Shown piece by piece: positions 27,118 to 35,408 of a DNA stretch of 51,506 nucleotides. Source of the stretch: Dehalococcoidia bacterium (GTDB lineage Bacteria; Chloroflexota; Dehalococcoidia; UBA2979). The notes beneath the pieces were generated by a model. The model was not told the DNA's origin and searched no databases. It was given only the letters and a program-made list of their open reading frames with translations. Location: positions 1-51,506 of the forward strand of contig JBJHDC010000004.1 in assembly GCA_050486345.1 (NCBI GenBank), in the 5' to 3' direction. Position 1 is the stretch's first letter; every line of letters starts with the position of its first letter. The position numbers and the translations under genes are program-made.

Positions 27118-28815
27118 ATGACGGGGAATTACTGGCTGGACCGAGGTCGCGTATCGCGCCGTTCGGTGATGCGGGGAGCTGGCGTGGGGGCCATCGGCCT
27201 TGCTGGTGCTGCGATCATCGGTTGTGGTGACGACGATGACAACGGTGGCCCGAGCACGGGGACACCGACGACCGGGCCCGGGAACGGGGGTGGCGATAAC
27301 GGGGCATCCCGCCAGGGTGGACGACTGGGCATTCACGCCACGATTAACTCACCCAACTTCAACCCGGTCACGAACTGGACCGAGGGCAACTATCTTGCCG
27401 GCATTCATGTATACGACCGACTCATCAGCCCCCGCATGGATGACAGGGTCTACGTGCTGGAGGCGGCCGAGAGCGTCGAGATCCCGGATGAGCAGACGGT
27501 GGTGTTCACGCTCAAACCAGGCATGGTCTATGAGGACAAGGCGCCTGTTGGCGGGCGCGAGGTGGTGGGCGAGGACATCGTCGAATTCCAGCTCTACTGC
27601 CGCGATGAGGATCAGGCGGAAAACAACGCTTTCCAGAACAACTCGATGGACGGCGTGGAGGCTCCGGACGACAACACTGTGGTGTTCACCCTCCAGCGTC
27701 CGAATGCCTACCTGTTCAGTGGCACGCAGCTGGGCCAGCCAGCGAACCAGGTCATTGTTCCCCGTGAGTTGCTCGAGAACCTCGAGACGACCGAGCCGGT
27801 AGGATCTGGGCCGTACCGCATGATCGAGCACCAGCTCGACACCCGGTACCTGTACGGGCGCAGCGACAGCTACCGACAGGCGGACGAACACAAGCCCTAC
27901 ATCGACGAGCGCGAGGTCTTCCTCATCCCGGATAGCTCGAGCATCGAAACGGCGTTCCGCGGGCAGCAGATCAGCGTGTGGGTTGGAACCCCACCGATCG
28001 ATATCGTCGATCGCCTGGTAGCGGACCTCGGCGATCAGCTGGTGGTCGAGGAGTACGAGTCGCTCTCGCCGTTCACCTGGATGGCTTCGCGCGACCGCGA
28101 GCCATGGGGTGATATCCGTGCCCGGGAAGCGCTCTACCGGCTGTTCAACCCGCAGCCGTTCATCGACCTGGTGGACAGTGGCTACGCGGTCCCCGCTGTC
28201 GGCCCGCTCGCGGGCGGACTGGAGGCGTACCAGCTGGATCCGTCGCAGTCCGAAGACTACCTGCGCTTCGATCTCGACGAGGCCCGGCAGTTGCTGGAAG
28301 CGGCCGGTTTCGACTTCAACCACAACCACGACCTGATCACCCTGGCGGGTGGCAGTGGTGGCCGCAACGACCTCGCCGCGCAGGTGTGGCAGCAACAGCT
28401 GGAGGCAGCCGGCATCCGCACGACGCTCTCCGGTCTGCCGTTCTCGGAGTGGCTCGGACCCCGGCTGGGCACCGGCAACTTCGACTTCAACCTGAACGGC
28501 CACCCGGCGTACGACACGCCCCAGACGCCGCTGCGGTTCCATCACACAGACCCGCAGCACATCATCCGAACCTCCAACCTCGCCGACCCCGAGGTAGACG
28601 CGATGATCGAGCAGTCCGAGATCACCCTGGATCGCGATGAGAACATCGAACTCGTGAAGCAGATTCAGCTGGCGCTCCTGGAAAACTACGCGCCCTTCGC
28701 TCAGGTGAATTCGAACATCCTCAAGCAGCCGCGGTGGGCGTACGTCATGGACTGGGAGTTCACCCCGGCGACGCACCCGCTCTACCGCACGGACGCCTGG
28801 CTGGATGAAGCGTAG
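27118..28815 (+). CDS. ABC transporter substrate-binding protein, family 5 (Tat-exported lipoprotein), paralog of 11662..13374
   Basis: SRRSVMRG, AAIIGC, NFNPVT, YDRL.SPR, PNAYLF, PVGSGPY and the C-terminal YRT.AW.D are shared with the paralog. Confidence 0.92.
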   Translation: MTGNYWLDRGRVSRRSVMRGAGVGAIGLAGAAIIGCGDDDDNGGPSTGTPTTGPGNGGGDNGASRQGGRLGIHATINSPNFNPVTNWTEGNYLAGIHVYDRLISPRMDDRVYVLEAAESVEIPDEQTVVFTLKPGMVYEDKAPVGGREVVGEDIVEFQLYCRDEDQAENNAFQNNSMDGVEAPDDNTVVFTLQRPNAYLFSGTQLGQPANQVIVPRELLENLETTEPVGSGPYRMIEHQLDTRYLYGRSDSYRQADEHKPYIDEREVFLIPDSSSIETAFRGQQISVWVGTPPIDIVDRLVADLGDQLVVEEYESLSPFTWMASRDREPWGDIRAREALYRLFNPQPFIDLVDSGYAVPAVGPLAGGLEAYQLDPSQSEDYLRFDLDEARQLLEAAGFDFNHNHDLITLAGGSGGRNDLAAQVWQQQLEAAGIRTTLSGLPFSEWLGPRLGTGNFDFNLNGHPAYDTPQTPLRFHHTDPQHIIRTSNLADPEVDAMIEQSEITLDRDENIELVKQIQLALLENYAPFAQVNSNILKQPRWAYVMDWEFTPATHPLYRTDAWLDEA

Positions 28816-28861
28816 CCAGTAGCAGGATGGGGCACGCGTCTTCGCTGCCCGTCGCAACGAT

Positions 28862-28895
28862 CGACGAAGCCCGGGTAGACACCCGGGCTTCGTCG
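28862..28895. terminator. Probable bidirectional intrinsic terminator
   Basis: Perfect 15-bp stem CGACGAAGCCCGGGT-AGAC-ACCCGGGCTTCGTCG between the convergent SBP gene and tRNA-Ala. Confidence 0.75.
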
Positions 28896-28923
28896 TGTTG
28901 TGGATCTGTGGAATGAGGATTGG

Positions 28924-28999
28924 TGGTGGACCTGAGGGGGCTCGAACCCCTGACCTCTGCATTGCGAACGCAGCGCTCTCCCAGCTGAGCTACAGGCCC
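28924..28999 (-). tRNA. tRNA-Ala(CGC)
   Basis: GGGCCTG TA GCTC AGCTGGGA GAGC G CTGCG TTCGCAA TGCAG AGGTC AGGGG TTCGAGC CCCCT CAGGTCC A CCA. G3-U70 identity pair; TATACT -10 box at 29014-29019. Confidence 0.96.
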
Positions 29000-29065
29000 C
29001 GGAACATCTTCCCAGTATAGAAACCGTGAGGTGACAGCGCCAATCGGTTGCTGCGGCGGTCGTCC

Positions 29066-29584
29066 CTACGTTTCGTCCAGCAGCCCCGGCACGACCTCGA
29101 TCACCATACGGCGCGAGTCGAGATCGACCTCGCGGACGACATCGCTGAGCGCGGGGATCAGAGCATCTCGTTTGCCGGGGCGGCGCACGAGATACACGTC
29201 GTTCGAGCCGGTCTGGATGACCTCCTCGAGCCGGCCGATGCTCTCGCCTTCAGTGGTGATGACCTCGAGCCCCTCCAGATCGTGCACGTAGTACTCACCC
29301 TCAGGGAGCTCGCGTAGTTCCTCTTCGGGGATCTCGATGAGCGTGCCGCGGAGCAGATCGGCTGCACCGCGGTCCATGTAGCCCTCGAACTGGACGATGG
29401 GATACCCCTGCGGGGTGCGGACATCCACGATCCGCGTGGGTTGTCCCAGGACAAGCACGGTGTTGCCCGCCTGCAGGCGCTCCGGGTTGGACGTGAACGG
29501 CGTCACCTTCACGTGACCGCGGAGGCCCCACAGTGAATTGATGCGGCCGACGGCAACGCGGCCCGGTGTTGGCTCGTCGACCAC
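29066..29584 (-). CDS. rimM: Ribosome maturation factor RimM
   Basis: VGRI...GLRG.VKV, LPEGEYYVHDLEG and TGSNDVY; position in the rpsP operon. Confidence 0.95.
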   Translation of the reverse strand: MVDEPTPGRVAVGRINSLWGLRGHVKVTPFTSNPERLQAGNTVLVLGQPTRIVDVRTPQGYPIVQFEGYMDRGAADLLRGTLIEIPEEELRELPEGEYYVHDLEGLEVITTEGESIGRLEEVIQTGSNDVYLVRRPGKRDALIPALSDVVREVDLDSRRMVIEVVPGLLDET

Positions 29585-29589
29585 CGGCG

Positions 29590-29817
29590 CTACTCGATGG
29601 AGAGCGTGGCGCGGACTCCGGAGCGGACGGCGGCCACGTGCAGCAGCGAACGCATGGCGTTCGCACAGCGACCGTCGCGTCCGATCACGCGTCCCTTGTC
29701 TTCGTCGTTGACGTAGAGGTGCAGGATCACGCGGTCGCCGTCGTGTTCCTCTTCGACCACCACATCATCCGGGTGTTCTGCGAGAGCGCGAGCGAGATAT
29801 TCGATGAGTGGCTTCAT
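29590..29817 (-). CDS. khpA: KH domain RNA-binding protein KhpA
   Basis: LIEYLARAL...DKGRVIGRDG...AMRSLL, between rpsP and rimM. Confidence 0.92.
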   Translation of the reverse strand: MKPLIEYLARALAEHPDDVVVEEEHDGDRVILHLYVNDEDKGRVIGRDGRCANAMRSLLHVAAVRSGVRATLSIE

Positions 29818-29847
29818 GGTGGTGGTATTTCGCGGGATAGCCAGCGG

Positions 29848-30264
29848 CTACCCCGCGTCCTCGGTCTCTGCTGCGTCATCCTCGGTGGGCGCCTCGGCTT
29901 CGGCTTCGGTCGCGGCTGCTGCAGCTTCCGCCTCCGCACGGGCCTCAGCGGCGGCGCGCTCTGCAGCGGCAGCAGCCTCGCGCTCGGCGCGGCTTGGCTT
30001 CGTCTGCCGCTTTGGCGGCTCAGCCTCGATCATGCCGTTGCGGTGGAGGAGGCGGTGCACCGTCTCGGACGGCTGCGCGCCCTGGCCGATCCAGTAGCGG
30101 ATGCGCTCCTCATTCACCTCGAAGGTGATGGGCTCGGTGCGAGGGTTGTAGTGGCCGACGATTTCCACGAAGCGCCCATCGCGCTTCATGTCCTTGTCGG
30201 CGACGACCACTCGGTAGCTGGGCTGGTGCTTCTGGCCGGTGCGGCGCAGTCGAATACGTAGCAA
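29848..30264 (-). CDS. rpsP: 30S ribosomal protein S16 (with Ala/Glu-rich C-terminal extension)
   Basis: IRLRRTG.K.QPSYRVVVAD...RDGRFVE.VGHYNP...GAQPSETV. TTG start with GGAGG RBS. Confidence 0.97.
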   Translation of the reverse strand: MLRIRLRRTGQKHQPSYRVVVADKDMKRDGRFVEIVGHYNPRTEPITFEVNEERIRYWIGQGAQPSETVHRLLHRNGMIEAEPPKRQTKPSRAEREAAAAAERAAAEARAEAEAAAAATEAEAEAPTEDDAAETEDAG

Positions 30265-30396
30265 GCGGATCCTCCGGAGGAGCGGTTTCAGCGTCCCACG
30301 TGGGCGCTGCGTTCATTGGCTGGTTCGGTCAGGGTGCCTGTTACGCCGGGATCATCGGCAGGCGCGCTTGCTGCGATCTGACAACAGCAGTCGCAA

Positions 30397-31734
30397 TTAT
30401 AGCCCCAACATGCGCATGAGGCCTCCGCCACCTTTGCCGGAGGTCATCGCTTGCATCAGTTTGCGGGCATCCTTGAACTGATTCAAGAGGCGGTTCACGT
30501 CCGCCGGGGTCGTGCCAGAGCCACGCGCGATACGACGGCGGCGTGAGCCGTTGAGGATATCCGGGTGCCGGCGCTCCTGCGGGGTCATCGATTGGATGAT
30601 CGCCTCCGCCTGCTTTAGGTGCCGTTCGTTGACGTCCACGTCACCCATCTGCGCCTTCATCTGGCCTGCACCGGGCAGCATGTCGAGAATGCCGCCGAGC
30701 GGCCCCATCTGCTTCAGCTGCTGCATCTGGGCGAGGAAATCTTCAAGGTCGAATTGGCCGGAGCGCATGCGCTTGGCGACATCCTGCATGTCGCGCTCGC
30801 CCATGGTGGACTTGGCTTTCTCCACCAGGGAGACGACATCGCCCATGCCGAGGACGCGGGAGGCGAAGCGGTCCGGGTGGAACTCCTCCAGCGCCTCCAG
30901 CCGTTCGCCGGTGGTGATGAATTTGATCGGCAGTCCGGTCACTTCGCGCACGGAGAGCACCGCACCGCCGCGGGAGTCCGAGTCGACCTTCGTGACCACG
31001 ATGCCGGTGCCCTCGAGTACCTCGTGGAACTCGCGCGCGAGGGTGACGGCCTCCTGGCCGGTCATGGAGTCGACGACGATGAGCAGCTCGGTGGGGTCGA
31101 CCTCGTCGGCCAGTTCCGCAAGCACATCAGCCATATCGTCGTCGAAGGCGACGACACCGACGGAGTCCACGACGATCGCGTTTGCGCCCAGCCGCTGCGC
31201 TTCCTTCATGGCACGCTTCGCGACCTCGGCGGCGGGCGCCTCGTTCTCCTCAACGTAGATGGGGACATCGATGGAACTCGCCAGGACCTGCAGCTGCTCG
31301 CTGGCCGCAACACGCTCGAAGTCCGTGGCCACCAGCAGCGGCTTGAGGCCCTCGTTCTTGAACTTCAGCGCGAGGCGTCCCGCGAGTGTGGTCTTCCCGG
31401 ATCCCTTTGCGCCCACCACCATCACGCGAGTGGGGGCATTGCCCTCTGCGCGCAGCATGGGGGCGTGTTCAGTGCCCAGTGTTTCGATGAGCGTCTGGTG
31501 GACGATGCCGATGACCTGCTGGCCGGGGGTGATGGACTGGAGCACTTCCTGGCCCAGCGCCTGCTCCCGCACGCGCGCAATGAAATCGCGCACCACGCCG
31601 AAGTTGACGTCTGCTTCCAGCAGGGCCAGCCGCACCTCGCGCAGCGCCTCGTCCAGCTCCTGCTCGCCAATGCGACCAGATGATCCGAGACGGCGGAAGG
31701 TACCCTGCAACCGTTCAGATAGAGCGTCAAGCAT
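30397..31734 (-). CDS. ffh: Signal recognition particle protein Ffh
   Basis: ALLEADV, GSGKTT, DSMTGQ, TKVD...RGG, FHPDRFASRVLGMGD, M domain with SRRRRIARGSG; upstream of rpsP. Confidence 0.95.
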   Translation of the reverse strand: MLDALSERLQGTFRRLGSSGRIGEQELDEALREVRLALLEADVNFGVVRDFIARVREQALGQEVLQSITPGQQVIGIVHQTLIETLGTEHAPMLRAEGNAPTRVMVVGAKGSGKTTLAGRLALKFKNEGLKPLLVATDFERVAASEQLQVLASSIDVPIYVEENEAPAAEVAKRAMKEAQRLGANAIVVDSVGVVAFDDDMADVLAELADEVDPTELLIVVDSMTGQEAVTLAREFHEVLEGTGIVVTKVDSDSRGGAVLSVREVTGLPIKFITTGERLEALEEFHPDRFASRVLGMGDVVSLVEKAKSTMGERDMQDVAKRMRSGQFDLEDFLAQMQQLKQMGPLGGILDMLPGAGQMKAQMGDVDVNERHLKQAEAIIQSMTPQERRHPDILNGSRRRRIARGSGTTPADVNRLLNQFKDARKLMQAMTSGKGGGGLMRMLGL

Positions 31735-31818
31735 GCACTGAGTGTACGCGGGAGGGGCGTGGAGGTGCTACCGGAGTGACTACCCGGTGGGCTCGGTGGC
31801 TTGTGCCGGGTGAGTTCC

Positions 31819-32337
31819 CTACGCCACCTTTGTGCCCCACTTCGCGAGTTCGCCCTGGAGGTCCAGGCGACGGGTGACGGCGTTGTGCTCCATCTCACCC
31901 CATGCTTCCACGGGCACGCGCCACATGACCTCGAACTCGATGCCGTCCGGGTCCTGCGCGTAGAGCGACTTGCTCACGCCGTGGTCGGTCGCGCCCACCA
32001 GCGCGCCCAGCTCCGCGAGCACGCCAGCTGCATGGGCGAGATCCTCGATGGTTGGGACTTCCCACGCGAGGTGATAGAGGCCGGGTGTGCCGCGAGGCGG
32101 CAGGGGGGCCTGCTCACCCACGGCGAAGAGGCCCAGGTCGTGGTGGTTGTCGCTGTCGCCGGCATCGCCAGCCCGCAGGAAGGCGGCGCGGTGCGGAATC
32201 TCGGTGACCGTCTGGAAGCCGAGGGCGCGTCGGTAGAACTCAGCGGACTGCTCCACGTTGCGCACATAGAGCACGGCGTGGTTGAGGCGAGAGACGCGGA
32301 CGGGGTTGGGCTCGGAGTTCACGGATTCGGCGTTCAT
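31819..32337 (-). CDS. VOC family protein (glyoxalase/catechol dioxygenase-like)
   Basis: LNHAVLYVR, HHDLGL, GLYHLAW and DHGVSKSLYAQDPDGIEFE. Confidence 0.9.
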   Translation of the reverse strand: MNAESVNSEPNPVRVSRLNHAVLYVRNVEQSAEFYRRALGFQTVTEIPHRAAFLRAGDAGDSDNHHDLGLFAVGEQAPLPPRGTPGLYHLAWEVPTIEDLAHAAGVLAELGALVGATDHGVSKSLYAQDPDGIEFEVMWRVPVEAWGEMEHNAVTRRLDLQGELAKWGTKVA

Positions 32338-32366
32338 GGGCGGGACCTCCGTTGCGGTGCAAGTCA

Positions 32367-32385
32367 GTTACTTACTAATCGTAAC
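32367..32385. promoter_or_regulatory. Palindromic operator upstream of the VOC gene (TTAC-N5-GTAA)
   Basis: GTTACTTACTAATCGTAAC contains TTAC-N5-GTAA (32372-32384) and GTTAC-N9-GTAAC; AT-rich in a GC-rich background. Confidence 0.55.
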
Positions 32386-32403
32386 AGAGTAGACGAGCGG
32401 CCG

Positions 32404-33441
32404 CTACCGGTTCCGGAGCGGCTTGATTATCCCCTCAGAGATGGCCTTCATGTACCGGTCTGTGAGGATGTCTTCCGCGTGGGTCACGGAGAGCGCCGGG
32501 TGCGGCACGATGATCTCGAACCCGAGGTCGAGCGCGAGGATGGCCTCCAGCTGTTCGCGCACATCGTCGATGGTGCCGTGCAGGGAGAAGGCGTCCGCTG
32601 CTTCGTCCGACAGGAAACTCACCACCTCGCCGGATTCCTCGAGGTCCGGGTGGTGGTGGAAGTCGGGCCACACCTGCTGCTTCAGCTCGTGCACGTCCGG
32701 GCCATCCCACGGGATGCCGACCTGGTCGAAGAGCATGGGCGAGTACTCGTAATACCCGGCTGCCATAGAGCGGGCGATACGCCAGGCCACGCGGCGGTCA
32801 TCGTCGAGCGTGGTGTGGAAGATCGCGCCGATACGCACGTCCTGCGGCTCGCGGCCGGCTGCCCGTGCGCCCTCGTGGATCGCATTCACGGCGATGCGCA
32901 GGTTCTCGGGGTGGGTGCCTACGCGGATGAAGACGCCGTCCGCCACGCCGCCGGCCATACGCAGCGTGCGTGGGCCACCAGCGGCGATCCAGACGGGCAC
33001 GGGCCTCGCGTGTGGGAGGCGAGCGGGGCGCGCGGCGCCCACATCGATCTCCTCGCCCTGAAGCAGCGCGCGGGTGAAGCGCGTTGCTTCCTCGAGGTCC
33101 TTCATGCGTGCGGGACGCCGCCCCACCAGCCGGACCGCGGTATCCCCGATGCCGTAGACCATGATGGTCCGCTCCGGCGCGAGGTGGTCGATGGTGGCGA
33201 TGGCTGAGGCGACGATCGCCGGGTCCCGAGAGACCGGGTTCTCCAGTAACGGCCCCATCTGGATGTGCTGAGTCTGCGCGGCGACTGCGGCGAGCATCAC
33301 ATACACGTCCATCCGTCGCAGCGGCGACGAGGGGATGAATGCGTAGTCGAAACCTAGGTCCTCGGCGCGCTGCGCGTGGCGGGCGAACGCGTCAGGGGAG
33401 CTGTAGTCGAAGCGGTTGAGGCCGAACGCAGGAGTGGTCAT
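32404..33441 (-). CDS. LLM-class flavin-dependent oxidoreductase (Mer-like)
   Basis: AEDLGFD, NPVSRDPAIVASAIATID and PVWIAAGGPRTLRMAGGVADGV. Confidence 0.88.
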   Translation of the reverse strand: MTTPAFGLNRFDYSSPDAFARHAQRAEDLGFDYAFIPSSPLRRMDVYVMLAAVAAQTQHIQMGPLLENPVSRDPAIVASAIATIDHLAPERTIMVYGIGDTAVRLVGRRPARMKDLEEATRFTRALLQGEEIDVGAARPARLPHARPVPVWIAAGGPRTLRMAGGVADGVFIRVGTHPENLRIAVNAIHEGARAAGREPQDVRIGAIFHTTLDDDRRVAWRIARSMAAGYYEYSPMLFDQVGIPWDGPDVHELKQQVWPDFHHHPDLEESGEVVSFLSDEAADAFSLHGTIDDVREQLEAILALDLGFEIIVPHPALSVTHAEDILTDRYMKAISEGIIKPLRNR

Positions 33442-33525
33442 GCGCGGGATAGTAGCACGCGTCTACGTCACTCTCCGGGCAGTTCAGGGGGCATCGAGGC
33501 GCCGGCGCCAGGTGTGATTCGCGGT

Positions 33526-34212
33526 TCATGCCGCCTTCTCGTCGGAATCGAGCATTCCGTCGCGCAGCGACACGATGCGGTCGGCCTGTTCCGCCATGCG
33601 AGGGTCATGCGTCACCATCAGGCAGGCTTTGTGGTGACGGTGGACCTCGTTGGCCAGCGATTCCACCACCTGCGAACCCAGGTCGGTGTTCAGGCTCGCG
33701 GTCGGTTCGTCCACGAGCAGCAGCAGGGGATCGCGCATAAGTGCGCGCGCGATGGCTACCCGCTGGCGCTCGCCGCCGGAGAGGCGAGTGGCGATTTGCC
33801 CCGCGACCGAGGTCAGCCCAAGCTCCTTGAGCAGCTCGTCAGCGCGATCGTTCAGTGCCTTGCGGTTCGTGCCGCCGAACTCGCCGACAACGAGGAGGTT
33901 CTCGCGTGCCGTGAGGAACGGCACCATGTTGCTCCCCTGGAAAACGAACCCCACGCGATCGCGCCGGAACCGGGTGCGCTGCCCGGGGCTGAACTGCGCG
34001 ATGTCCTTGCCGTCAACCACAATGGATCCTGACGTTGGGGTGAGCAGCGCGCCGACCATGGCGAGCAGCGTGGACTTACCTGACCCGGAGGGACCGACCA
34101 GCGAGATCATCTCTCCTGCGTCCACATCCAGGCTCACGCCACGCACGGCCTCGACGATCTGCCCACTCTCGCGGAAGGTCTTGGTCACATCGCGGATTTC
34201 GAGGCTCGCCAT
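33526..34212 (-). CDS. ABC transporter ATP-binding protein (LolD/MacB/HrtA-like)
   Basis: GPSGSGKST, LSGGERQRVAIARAL, VDEPTASL and VTHD. Confidence 0.93.
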   Translation of the reverse strand: MASLEIRDVTKTFRESGQIVEAVRGVSLDVDAGEMISLVGPSGSGKSTLLAMVGALLTPTSGSIVVDGKDIAQFSPGQRTRFRRDRVGFVFQGSNMVPFLTARENLLVVGEFGGTNRKALNDRADELLKELGLTSVAGQIATRLSGGERQRVAIARALMRDPLLLLVDEPTASLNTDLGSQVVESLANEVHRHHKACLMVTHDPRMAEQADRIVSLRDGMLDSDEKAA

Positions 34213-34227
34213 GGATGATCGCTCCGG

Positions 34228-35325
34228 CTACTGCTGCTGCATCGCGATGATCGGGTCGACGGAGCCAGCCTGGCGCGCGGACAGTGCTGCGCCGATGATC
34301 CCCGCAACGACCATCGAGACACCCGTCGTGAGGACTGCGCCGGTGGTGAACGCGATCGGCACCTCGGCGGAGGAGAGCACGGTCGCCTTCGTCGCCAGCG
34401 CCAGGCCCGTGGCGATTGCGGTGCCGGCGAGGGAGATAAGGAGGACCTGGAGTAGAGATTGCCGCGCGAGGTACCAGCCTGATGCACCAATCGCCTTCAG
34501 GATCCCAAGGAGTGCGATCTTCTGTAGCGTAATCACGTAGAAGAAGACGCCGATGACCATCGCGCCGATCAGCAGTCCCATGTAGCGCAGCGCATCCACC
34601 GTCGACTGTTGCGCGGCGACACCCTCGATGTTGTTGAAGCCTTCCTGCTTGGTGACCAGCATCCACCCATCGCCCGATGTGCCATCCAGTTCGCTGCCGC
34701 GTACCAGCACGATACTCGCCGCCGGCGCCTGGTCGGCGTCGCCCTGGTGAACTAGCGTCTGCCAGTCCTCGAGGGTGATGTAAGTAGCAGACTGGAAGAA
34801 GAAGTACCCCTGGTTGACGATGCCGACGACCGTGAACGGAGCGGTCTCGAAACCGACCGGCAGGCCCACCTTGTCCCCCACCCCAACGCCGGTACTGTCC
34901 GCGAAAATGCGATCGAGGAGGACCTCGGACCCGTTCCCGGAGAGCGCGTTGCCCTCGATCACTGGTGGCATGCCGAACGATTCCGGTTCGACGCCGATGA
35001 TGGCGACCGTGTCGCGCTGGTCTGTGTCGTAGTCGATGACGGCTGCAACGTAGCCGATGGGGGTGGCGCCATCCACACCTGCGGACGCGGCTACCTCCTC
35101 GACCTGCGCAGCGGTGAGGAGGGAGCGAATGACGGAGAAGTCCGCGCGATCTGAGTAGGCGAGGTAGTCGCCGTCCAGCGCGAGCAGCGCGGTTCCCGCG
35201 CGATCCTGCAGGCCGAGCCCGAGCCCGGTCACCATCAGGACGAGGTAGGCAATCAGAATCACAACGCCGGTGACGAGCCCGAACTGGACCTTGCGTCGCC
35301 AGATCTCCGTCGTCGCGAGATTCAT
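34228..35325 (-). CDS. ABC transporter permease (FtsX/MacB type, HrtB-like)
   Basis: One N-terminal TM, a large extracytoplasmic domain and three C-terminal TMs; FFYVITLQK...GILKAIGAS. Confidence 0.88.
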   Translation of the reverse strand: MNLATTEIWRRKVQFGLVTGVVILIAYLVLMVTGLGLGLQDRAGTALLALDGDYLAYSDRADFSVIRSLLTAAQVEEVAASAGVDGATPIGYVAAVIDYDTDQRDTVAIIGVEPESFGMPPVIEGNALSGNGSEVLLDRIFADSTGVGVGDKVGLPVGFETAPFTVVGIVNQGYFFFQSATYITLEDWQTLVHQGDADQAPAASIVLVRGSELDGTSGDGWMLVTKQEGFNNIEGVAAQQSTVDALRYMGLLIGAMVIGVFFYVITLQKIALLGILKAIGASGWYLARQSLLQVLLISLAGTAIATGLALATKATVLSSAEVPIAFTTGAVLTTGVSMVVAGIIGAALSARQAGSVDPIIAMQQQ

Positions 35326-35408
35326 CCGCCGCCCATCACTGGTTCCCTCGTGTAGATCCAGTGAACCATGTCCGGCTGGCTGCGGCTAAGCGGGTGCGGG
35401 GTCGACCG

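Noticed and set aside
28921-28926. Genome-encoded CCACCA after tRNA-Ala
   Set aside because: The extra CCA is probably trailer sequence removed in processing; the acceptor stem is normal.
25498-28999. Segment between the two tRNAs as an integrated island
   Set aside because: No duplicated tRNA 3' end, no integrase and no obvious compositional shift.
29848-30000. Ala/Glu-rich low-complexity tail of S16
   Set aside because: C-terminal extensions of S16 are common in high-GC bacteria.
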